DNA of 64,000 bases, taken from positions 6,572,001 through 6,636,000 of the forward strand of contig OZ024742.1 in assembly GCA_964016885.1 (NCBI GenBank), written 5' to 3'. Position numbers and translations under genes: made by a program. The notes under the pieces were generated by a model that had not been told where the DNA came from, did no database searches, and worked only from the letters and a program-made list of their open reading frames with translations. Below, one piece after another: positions 15,001 through 26,131 of the stretch (position 1 is its first letter; each line of letters begins with the position of its first letter). This DNA comes from Eledone cirrhosa (lineage: Eukaryota).

Positions 15001-18000
15001 AGTTTAGTGATATATAACATAGTTTCTTACCCTAGTAGTTAGAGGGTTAACCAGAGCAGTTTAGTGATATATAACATAGTCCCTTACCCTAGTAGTTAGA
15101 GGGTTAACCAGAGCAGTTTAGTGATATATAACATAGTCCCTTACCCTAGTAGTTAGAGGGTTAACCAGAGCAGTTTAGTGATCTATAACATAGTTCCTTA
15201 CCCTAGTAGTTAGAGGGTTAACCAGAGCAGTTTAGTGATCAATGACACATTTCCTTACCCTAGTAGTTAGAGGGTTAACCAGAGCAGTTTAGTGATGTAT
15301 AACATAGTTCCTTACCCTAGTAATTAGAGGGTTAACCAGAGCAGTTTAGTGATCTATAACATGGTTTCTTACCCTAGTATGTAGAGGGTTAACCAGAACT
15401 GTTTAGTGATCTATAACATAGTTCCTTACCCTAGTAGTTAGAGGGTTACCCCGTGCAGTTTAGTGATATATAACATAGTTCCTTACCCTAGTAGTTAGAG
15501 GGTTAAGCAGAGCAGTTTAGTGATCTATAACATAGTTTCTTAGACTAGTAGTTAGAGGGTTAACCAGAGCAGTTTAGTGATCAATGACACAGTTCCTTAC
15601 CCTAGTAGTTAGAGGGTTAACCAGAGCAGTTTAGTGATCTATAACATAGTTTGTTAGACTAGTAGCTAGAGGGTTAACCAGAGCAGTTTAGTGATCTATA
15701 ACATAGTCTCTTACCCTAGTAGATAGAGGGTTAACCAGAGCAGTTTAGTGATCTATAACATGGTTTCTTACCCTAGTATTTCGAGGGTTAACCAGAGCAG
15801 TTTAGTGATATATAACATAGTTTCTTACCCTAGTAGTTAGAGGGTTAACCAGAGCAGTTTAGTGATATATAACATAGACCCTTACCCTAGTAGTTAGAGG
15901 CTTAACCAGAGCAATTTAGTGATCTATAACATAGTTTCTTACCCTAGTAGTTAATGGGTTAACCAGAGCAGTTTAGTGATATATCACATAGTCCCTTACC
16001 CTAGTACTTAGCGGGTTAACCAGAGCAGTTTAGTGATCTATAACATAGTTTGTTAGACTAGTAGCTAGAGGGTTAATCAGAGCAGCTTAGTGATCTATAA
16101 CATAGTTTCTTAGCCTAGTAGTTAGAGGGTTAACCAGAGCAGTTTAGTGATCTATAACATAGTTTCTTAGCCTAGTAGTTAGAGGGTTAACCAGAGCAGT
16201 TTAGTGATCTATAACTTAGTTTTTACCCTAGTAGCTAGAGGGTTAACCAGAGCAGTTTAGTGATCTATAACATAGTTTCTTACCCTAGTAGTTAGAGGGT
16301 TAACCAGAGCAGTTTAGTGATCTATAACATGGTTCCGTACCCTAGTATTTCGAGGGTTAACCAGAGCAGTTTAGTGATCAATAACATAGTTTGTTAGACT
16401 AGTAGCTAGAGGGTTAACCAGAGCAGTTTAGTGATGTATAACTTGGTTTATTTGCCTAGTAGTTATAGGGTTAACCAGAGCAGTTTAGTGATCTATAACA
16501 TAGTTTCTTACCCAAGTAGTTAGAGGGTTAACCAGAGCAGTTTAGTGATATATAACATAGTTGCTTACCCTAGTAGTTAGAGGGTTAACCAGAGCAGTTT
16601 AGTGATCTATAACATAGTTCCTTAACCTAGTAGTTAGAGGGTTAACTAGAGCAGTTTAGTGATCAATAACATAGTTCCTTAACCTAGTAGTTAGAGGGTT
16701 AACCAGAGAAGTTTAGTGATGTATAACATAGTTCCTTACCCTAGTAATTAGAGGGTTAACCAGAGCAGTTTAGTGATCTATAACATGGTTTCTTACCCTA
16801 GTAGGTAGAGGGTTAACCAGAACTGTTTAGTGATCTATAACATAGTTCCTTACCCTAGTAGTTAGAGGGTTACCCGTGCAGTTTAGTGATATATAACATA
16901 GTTCCTTACCCTAGTAGTTAGAGGGTTAAGCAGAGCAGTTTAGTGATCTATAACATAGTTTCATACCCTAGTAGTTAGAGGGTTAAGCAGAGCAGTTTAG
17001 TGATATATAACATAGTTCCTTACCCTAGTAGTTAGAGGGTTAAGCAGAGCAGTTTAGTGATATATAACATAGTTCCTTACCCTAGTAGTTAGAGGGTTAA
17101 CCAGTACAGTTTAGTGATCTATAACATAGTTTCTTAGACTAGTAGTTAGAGGGTTAACAAGAGCAGTTTAGTCATATATAACATAGTTCCTTACCCTAGT
17201 AGTTAGAGGGTTAACCAGAGGAGTTTAGTGATATATAAGATAGTTCCTTACCCTAGTAGTTAGAGGGTTAACCAGAGCAGTTTAGTGATATATAACATAG
17301 TCCCTTACCCTAGTAGTTAGAGGGTTAACCAGAGCAGTTTAGTGATCTATAACATAGTTCCTTACCCTAGTAGTTAGAGGGTTAACCAGAGCAGTTTAGT
17401 GATCAATGACACAGTTCCTTACCCTAGTAGTTAGAGGTTTAACCAGAGCAGTTTAGTGATCTATAACATAGTTTGTTAGACTAGTATCTAGAGGGTTAAC
17501 CAGAGCAGTTTTGTGATCTATAACATAGTCTCTTACCCTAGTAGTTAGAGGGTTAACCAGAGCAGTTTAGTGATCTATAACATAGTTTCTTACCCTAGTA
17601 GTTAGAGGGTTAACCAGAGCAGTTTAGTGATATATAACATAGTTTCTTACCCTAGTAGTTAGAGTGTTAACCAGAGCAGTTTAGTGATCTATAACATAGT
17701 TTGTTAGTCTAGTAGCTAGAGGGTTAAGCAGAGCAGTTTAGTGATCTATAACATAGTCTCTTACCCTAGTAGTTAGAGGGTTAACCAGAGCAATTTCGTG
17801 ATCTATAACATGGTTTCTTACCATAGAATTTTGAGGGTTAACCAGAGCAGTTTAGTGATACATAATATAGTTCCTTACCCTAGTAGTTAGAGGGTTAACC
17901 AGAGCAGCTTAGTGATCTATAACATAGTCCCTTACCCTAGTAGTTAGAGGTTAACCAGAGCAGTTTAGTGATCTATAACATTGATTCTTAGCCTAGTAGT

Positions 18001-18858
18001 TAAAGGGTTAACCAGAGCAGTTTAGTGATCTATAACATAGATTCTTGCCCTATGATTTAGAGGGTTCACCAGAGCAGTTTAGTGACTTATAACATAGTTC
18101 CTTACCCTAGTAGTTAGAGGGTTAACCAGAGCAGTTTAGTGATCTATAACATAGATTCTTAGCCTAGTAGTTAGAGGGTTAACCAGAGCAGTTTAGTGAT
18201 CTATAACATAGTTCATTACCCTAGTAGTTAGAGGGTTAACCAGAGCAGTTTGGTGATCTATAACATAGTTCCTTACCCAAGTAGTTAGAGGGATAACCAG
18301 AGCAGTTTAATGATGTTAAAGATGGTTTCTTACCCTAGAAGTTAGAGGGTTAACCACAGCAGTTTAGTGATGTTAAACATGGATTCTTACCCTAGTAGTT
18401 AGAGGGTTAACCAGAGCTGTTTAGTGATCTATAACATAGTTCCTTACCCTAGTAGTTAGAGGGTTAACCAAAGCAGTTTATTGATCTATAACATGGTTTC
18501 CTACCCTTATAGTTACCGGGATAACCCGAGCAGTTTAGTGATCTATAAGATAGTTCCTTACCCCAGTAGTTAGAGGGTTAACCAGAGCAGTTTAGTGATA
18601 TATAACATAGTTTCTTACCCTAGTAGTTAGAGGGTTAACCAAAGCAGTTTATTGATCTATAACATGGTTTCTTACCCTTATAGTTACCGGGATAACCCGA
18701 GCAGTTTAGTGATCTATAAGATAGTTCCTTACCCCAGTAGTTAGAGGGTTAACCAGAGCAGTTTAGTGATCTACAGCATGGCTTCTCACCCTCGTAGTTA
18801 GAGGGTTAACCAGAGCAGTTTAGTGATGTTAAACATGGTTTCTTACCCTAGTGGTTAG
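1..18858. repeat. 57-bp tandem satellite array (~330 monomers, runs off the left edge)
   Basis: Unit TAACCAGAGCAGTTTAGTGATCTATAACATAGTTTCTTACCCTAGTAGTTAGAGGGT recurs at 1, 58, ... 1141 (20x57). Variation is concentrated in a few positions, and divergence rises after ~13 kb. Confidence 0.99.
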
Positions 18859-19045
18859 AAAGATCGAGCGATATTCACTTAAAACGAAACCTAAATCAGA
18901 TGAAGCAGTGTTTTTTTTTCATTTCTTTTTCTGTCTCTCCCACTCTCTCTCTCTCTCTTTTCTCTATTCCGCTCTCTCTCTCATTATATATATATATACA
19001 TCAATCGGAATATGTATAGCACTAATTTGTAATCAATAATAAAAT

Positions 19046-19105
19046 GATTTAACAACATAATGTCACATAAATTGAATTATATATATATAATTCAATTATA
19101 ATATG

Positions 19106-19147
<42 letters not shown>

Positions 19148-19209
19148 CATATTATAATTGAATTATATATATATATAATTCAATTTATGTGACATTTTAT
19201 TGTTAAATC
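19046..19209. repeat. Nested AT-rich palindrome centred on (TA)n at the 5' truncation point of a PLE
   Basis: GATTTAACAA..ATGTCACATAAATTGAATTA(TA)nATTCAATTATAATATGGTG(TA)n is mirrored by CACCATATTATAATTGAATT(AT)nAATTCAATTTATGTGACAT..TTGTTAAATC. Confidence 0.9.
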
Positions 19210-21447
19210 CTTTGAAAATGACCTAATAAAACTAGTTAAGAACATTAAATACAAAAAGCATCGTAATAGAAACAACACCTTATTAAACAAACTTAACACC
19301 TCTATTAATGAATTCAAAACTAGTAATAAAATTATTGCACATGCGGACAAAACTAATAACATATACAGCCTAGATTTTAATACATATAGAAAGTTTATAT
19401 ATAATGAACTACATAAAAGCTACAAGAAAACTCCTATGAAAAACTTGGAAGAAATTAATATAGAAGGCTGTAATATAGTGTCCAAACTAGGACTTCAAAG
19501 ACATACACAACCATATACCCCAAACCCCCCTAGATTCTCTCTGAAGGACCATAAGGAGGACTTCATTAGCAACTCCTCGATTAGACTAATCTGCCCTTCC
19601 AAGTCTGACATTGGCATTATCAGTAAGAACATTTTAGATAAAATCATCCCGCAGATTAAACACAAGATATACCTTAAACAATGGGGAAATACGGGTGAAG
19701 TTATTGAATGGTTCAAAGATATCAAGGAAAACAAGGATAAAAAATTTATTCAATTTGATATCAATTCATACTACACCTCTATTTCCCCTATCCTATTAAA
19801 TAAGGCACTAATCATGGCCATGAACAATAGTGACCTGACTAGATCCCAGATTGATGTCATATTTGCGGCCCGTAAAACCGTAATCACCTTTGAAGACCAA
19901 TTATGGACCCGCAAGGATACACAAAACAACTTCGACATAACCATGGGATCTAGTGACTCGGCGCAGGTCACTGATTTGGTCGGCCTATATTTACTAAACG
20001 AAATCCATAAGGACCTTCCATACCTCAACGGTGGTTTGTACCGCGATGATGCACTTCTACTTATAGACTATAAAAAATTCAATATAGAAAGAACTAGAAA
20101 ACTATTGCACAAGACTTTCAAAAACTATAACCTAAGTATCACCATAGACAAAAACACTAAAAACGTTAACTTCCTAGACGCCACCCTCTACCTAGACTCA
20201 AGGATATATACACCATTCCATAAACCTAACGAAAAACTGATTTACGTAGATACCAAGTCAAACCACCCTAGATCAATATTAAACTCTATCTCTAAGGGAG
20301 TATCCAATAGAATCTCTAATCTATCCTATGACGTAAACATATTTAGCAAAAACTCGCAATATTATAATCAGGCATTAGCTAGATCAGTCCACAATAATGA
20401 GTTCGAGTTCCTACCTACAAAAACACATAGCTACAACATTATTTCGCACAATATGTCCATGAGGAAAAATAGTAATAAGAATAGCAACCACACACACACT
20501 AATACAAAGGATGCCAACAAACGTAACCCACACCACAGAAGTCACCATAATACCATAAACGGAAACAACTCACCAGACATAAAAAACAAAAATAGAAGAA
20601 GAAAAAATACATTCTTCAACCCTCCTTTCAATCTAAACATCTCTACCAACCTACCTAAGGCTTTCTTCTCACTCCTAGATAAAAACTTCCCATCTGGCCA
20701 CAAGTACCATAGCCTTTTAAACAAAAACACAATTAAAATCTCCTACTCTACCACGCCTAACATAGCATACCACATAGCTAGTAGCAATAAAAGAAAAATT
20801 AATTCTTATTTCCAACAAACTAAATCACAACAGGGGATAAACCTTCATAATAACATTATATCAACTAACCCTGATAACAATAGTAATAATAGTAATACCA
20901 CTAATGTAAACAATAACGCTGAGAGCGACAACCCCCATAACCATAATGCAACAGCTACCATCCAGACTTCTACACAACATAGTAACCGGCAGGTTAACAT
21001 CCAAAATAATTGTAACTGTAGATCTAATAGAACCTGCCCTTTAGATATAAATGCTTAATCAAGGATATAATATACTCATGCACCGTCACAACCAGCAACT
21101 CTTCTGAAACCTATATAGGCTCTACTTCAAACTGCTTCAAAACCAGATACAATTCGCACCTCCATTCTTTCAAAAAACACAGTCTAACTACATACACTAT
21201 AAAAAAACACTATCTAGCTACATATACTATCTAAAAACTAAAATTAGATCTTATACACTTAAATGGGAAGTGATATGTAAGGCGACATCGTACAAACCAC
21301 CTAATAAATTTTGTAACCTCTGTCTACTAGAGACTCATACTATTATCTTCTCAAACCATAACCTCCTTAATAAAAAAATCGGAAGTGTCCGCGTCATGCT
21401 AGCACCGCTTCCAACACTCCTTCCAAAACTTTAAACCCACTATATAG
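19205..21447 (+). pseudogene. PLE reverse transcriptase + GIY-YIG endonuclease (frameshifted)
   Basis: The frame is open upstream of the 19436 ATG (SFENDLIKLVKNIK..ADKTNN). RT motifs FIQFDINSYY, MGSSDSAQ, GLYRDD, NFLD, SNHP, FFNPPF. CNCRSNRTCPL is followed by a frameshift at ~21050 into KCLIKDIIYSC..TYIGSTSNCFKTRYNSH..CNLCLLE..LLNK, with further lesions. Confidence 0.92.
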
Positions 21448-22932
21448 CAATGTCAGGCTTGAACCCATCTAGCAACACACCTCAAGGGCACACCTTACAC
21501 CACAACTCCACACTCAATGATCCACCCTATCTTAACACAATTCGTGCCATCTATTTAAAACCTTTTACCCTAGAAATACCCCCATGTACACCTACTTTTA
21601 GTATAATTACTTTCAATTACTTAGACTGTATTATATCACTATATAATTATATGTAAACTTTAAACACCGAATTCAGCAATGAATTATTTGTGCAAATGTT
21701 GTTGTATGTATGGAGTGCTATCATTAGATAAATAGAGGATTAATTTATTAACATGAAAGAGCTGTATAACCTATATGTTGAGTACAATGAATTATGTACA
21801 AGTGGTACGTGAGTTATACATACATGTATAACTTGATAGATATATTAATGACATTGTAAGTGAGAAATGTTTTTTGGTCTACCCTAGAGATATTTAACTT
21901 TGCCATGCAATCAGCCATACGCTGACCCAGAGCTTACCAGGGGTTATATAGACGTGGTTCTAATAGGACCCCTGACAGGTTCTGTGAGTAGACTAGATTT
22001 ACAAAGAACTTTGATATGTAGATCTGACTCTTCGTATGGAATATTCAGTTGTAGCACTCTATGATAGAGAGTAATCATCCTAATATAGATACCTTTAGTA
22101 CTTCATGATAGAGTAGACTGTGATTAAAGATAGGATACTTAAATTTGGAAACTGTATATAACCATATATATAAGGGACTCAATTGAGACACCTTTTAATG
22201 TATGTTGGAATAATAAATTTAGTTATAGAAATCAGCTAGTTACCTCCCCTCACGCATTATCTCCCCTTAATCACACACATACTTCCGGATAATAAAACGA
22301 TGTAAATTCTCGCAACAGAAACAGCCTGCTCTATTAAATTGGATTAAAGAACACTGAGCCGCAACAAGCTATAATAATTTAACTTAATACATCAAACATC
22401 CCATACAGAATCACCGTTAATTATGTGAAGGACATATAAACTATATATTACGTCTCCTGAATTGTGAAAATGGTGGTGTATACAAAAACCATAACATTAT
22501 TTTGCTTCTCATTTATACTATTTCTCTGCACACAAGCTTCTTTAACATACACAAAAAATACCTTACCACTACAACCTCCATAATACACTTGATTACCCGC
22601 TTAAAGTGCTTGTATTGCATTTAACACCCTGCCGCACAATAATCATATATAAATAAGACACACGTGCATGCCCCACGTGTAACTAATGCATACAATAACT
22701 ACTACAACTGACTAACAAACTATCCTCTTGCATTATCTACGTTAACTGCCGATGTATTTTAATTTTAATTTTGCTTTGATTCTGTTTTAATATGATTTTA
22801 ATTTTTGAATTTAAATTGCCATTCAGAAATAATATAATATATGTCACCCCACTGTGCATCAATATATACTTATGTATCTGTATGTCTCTTGCGTTGGAAA
22901 GGGGGTCACGTATGTATACAAACATTGAAAAA

Positions 22933-22978
22933 TGCTCCGAAGACTCCAAACCTCGGTTTGGATGAAACAATTGTAAGC
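22933..22978 (+). ncRNA. Type I hammerhead ribozyme, variant core CCGAAGA
   Basis: GCT-CCGAAGA-C-TCCAAACC/TC/GGTTTGGA-T-GAA-ACAATTGT-A-AGC, then AATAAA. Conserved in the second copy at 37332-37377. Confidence 0.72.
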
Positions 22979-23014
22979 TAATAAATGGTTTGAACATAAC
23001 TTTGATTCCTGTGA

Positions 23015-23083
<69 letters not shown>

Positions 23084-23292
23084 CTAGAAACGATCGTAAA
23101 GCAGTGAAGTATTTTCCTAATGACTTGAATTTTTATTTCATTGTTTTAACTTATATCATGACTCTGTTTTCTTTTTGATGATTTTTTTGTTTTCCAGGAT
23201 TTATTTTAACCTACAACATCATCAACATATGGATTACATTGAGTTCTTCGTGCTGACTAGACCCCATAACTAACTGCGGATAATTATGTATA

Positions 23293-23330
<38 letters not shown>

Positions 23331-23779
23331 CGGATAATTGCATATTCTTCATTTTATTTTCCTGATCTCATAATTTTTTTGTTCCGATTACGGGTAAAAC
23401 GTTGACTAAGTTAGATATTTCTTTGATTTTGTATGAATAAATTGATTATCGAAATATCCGTTTTCATGATGTAGTTAGTACATGATATCTAGAAACAACC
23501 GATGTCAAATGAGTCAAACCTATTCAACTTATTCCTACCATTTCAATGAATTACATACTATCAATGTTCAACTTCCGCTGCCTTTTATTTTTCATGTTAT
23601 TATTCTTTTTATTGTGTGATACAATAAAAATCCACCATTTTTAGATAACATTTTTAGAAAGATAGTTATCACTTAAAAGGCAAATGGCCGCTGTGTTCTT
23701 GTTTGTACTGTCGGTTTCATAGCTCTGTCAATTAACCAATTATTTTCTTAATTCACATTATTCTTGTTTTTATTGTTAA

Positions 23780-23890
23780 GGTAGTGGTTTTCTTTCTTGG
23801 GCTGATGGCCATCAAGTTGGTTCATTCGAGTCCCCACGGTGTGTTGTGCCCTTAAGCAAGACTCTTATTTATTTTCCCGTTGCTCTAGTC
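23780..23890 (+). mobile_element. Degraded tRNA-derived CORE-like SINE fragment
   Basis: B-box-like GGTTC/TTCGAGTCCC followed by TGTTGTGCCCTTAAGCAAGAC, resembling the CORE domain. Confidence 0.45.
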
Positions 23891-24297
23891 CTCTCTAGAT
23901 AACTAAATATGTTATAAAAGCCAACTCAACTTCTTCGGGTGCTGTGTCAAAAGAAATCCCATATTTACGAACGTACACTAAACAATTCCTGATTTCCCAA
24001 GCCCCCCCCCCCCCCATTATTGCCACCACTACTATTATTTGGGACCCGAGAGTGCCATTAAACTCTCCCCCTCTCTATATCTACTACACGGCACTCTCTT
24101 CCATTCGATAGACGTGCATTACTTCGCTCCGGATTTTTACGGATTATTGTTAAAAAAACAGTGAGTTCATTGTTCAATTTGTTAGTATTGTTTAGTTTAA
24201 CCCCTTGTCTGGGCCTTCAGACGTTGAGTCAACTAATTTTCGCCCCTTTTTGGGGCGAAATTTTCATCTCAAAACTGTGTAGACTTGGTAGTCAGCA

Positions 24298-26089
24298 ATG
24301 GATGCCATTTCAACCTCGCAGACTGTCGTGAGTTCCACGCCCACTAAGAAAAGTGGTGGAGGGAAGGTAGGAGTACAAAACTTGCAGCCTTCCCCCCTCG
24401 CATTATCGAAAAACGTTAAAAATATTGAAACCACGAAATCAAACCCGGTAAATAATACCAGCACCAACAACAAGAACAATGACAATAACACCACAACCAA
24501 CCACTGCAACAATAGCAACACCAAGGAAAACATGAACAATATCACCAACAGTGACAGCAACAAAAAGGACAACACCAAAAACACATTCGCACAGACTGTA
24601 AAAAAAAACGAACTATACACGCCAATAGACATAATAAATGCTAAACAACTATTACAAGACGCAAAACAATTCGTGACTTTTGGCGAAAACGGTTCTTTTA
24701 GCATCAATTCTCCACAGGAATTACGTAGAGAGGCTCTCCTGAAAACTGTGGTTTTCAGGACAATATCGAACGAAACAATAAAACCAGCTCAATTATCACA
24801 AAATGAGATTGGGCTGGTTCTAAAAGATGCAATGAAGGACTTAACCTTCATACAAAAAGGTAAGCTGTTTGGTAGCATTTCGGTGCTAATGAACAACCAG
24901 TCAACAGCTCAAAAGTACTCGGTATTACCCATTGTGTCCCCCCGCTTCACCTTTTTCCCCACATACAGGGGAAAAAAGATACAAAGAATAAAAATAATGA
25001 GTATCACACCAAATGTAAATATTTGGTGGATACTATGTGGAATCATTGACTTTGACGAAGACAAGATAATTTCAATAGGAAAGTCCTCCGGAGGTGTATT
25101 TGGTGCGACCAGCGTAGAAGTTCTGGTGCAAATGAGCCCAGAACGAATAGCGAATATCCCACAACGCGTGCCTCTGGACGGGCTAACTTATATAAACATT
25201 TCAGTGGCGGGAAGGCGGCCATCATGTTACCACTGCTTAAGCAGGGGTCACCTGAGGGCTGCCTGTCCTCAATTAACGAGTAAAAAAAAAAGGCTCTTCT
25301 GCCAACCCCGAACACAACAACACAACCACCACCACCACAACAACAACAACAACAACCACAACAAAACGGAAAAATAACAACACAAAACACTGTTCCACCC
25401 AACCCCTCCCCACCTAAAACAAATACAAAAGCAACCACAACAAAACCCCAAAATATACCCCTCCCCAACAACACGGAAGAGGACTCCGTATCAACGTCAC
25501 CCAGTGACGATGAGGGAGAACCCTTTCAACAGGTGAAAAGGAAAAAAAAACGCACCACATTAACAAAAATGCCACAAACACAACCACCAGCACAAACAGA
25601 ACAAACATCACAAATAAAAAAACCCACCCCTCCCCAAAACATATCACGTACTATAAAACGCAAACACCCGCAAGAACAGCAAACAAAAACAAACACAACA
25701 CAACAAAACTCTATACATACATTAACAAGAACAATAAAACGTTGATGAAAGCGATAGAAAATAACCCTTCGGTGGAAACCGAAGGGATCACTTTCACCTA
25801 CGCAGCGAACAAACCGCACCTAATGATGATTAGGGTCCCAACGGAGACCTATGTAACATTGAAAAAGAACCATCCAATGCATGTGGGGACCAACTGCACC
25901 AAACCACATAACAGCGTCCTATTGAGATGTTTCCCCACCCCCACACCAGACACCCACACCCCACCAAACACCCTAATCCCACCACACACTGATGTCCTCA
26001 CCCCACCACAAACCACCACCACACCAAACAACCCTTCCAACACCCCCATGGAAATTGTGCAGCCTGGTCCCCAGGAGACGAAGAGGTAA
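24298..26089 (+). pseudogene. LINE ORF1 (gag-like, zinc knuckle), frameshifted
   Basis: CYHCLSRGHLRAAC (Cx2Cx4Hx4C) and N-terminal TFAQTVK. Frameshifts at the A-run ~25290 and at ~25742 link the three ORF pieces. Confidence 0.8.
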
Positions 26090-26131
26090 GTAATTTCCTT
26101 TCCTCTTCCTTTTTATCTCTTCAGCAACAAC

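Larger units (their letters stand above)
19190..23018 (+). mobile_element. Penelope-like retroelement, Naiad-type, 5'-truncated, with long 3' region ending in (TA)n
   Basis: RT/GIY-YIG coding remnant, then ~1.5 kb non-coding, then HHR + AATAAA and (TA)n. Confidence 0.88.

Noticed and set aside
1-18858. CRISPR-like alternation of constant and variable segments
   Set aside because: The variable parts are a few recurring point variants of one sequence, not unique spacers. There are no cas genes, and the context is eukaryotic.
23458-23512. Possible HHR (CATGATG..CTAGAAACAACCGATGTC)
   Set aside because: The 5' core does not match and the stems are weak.
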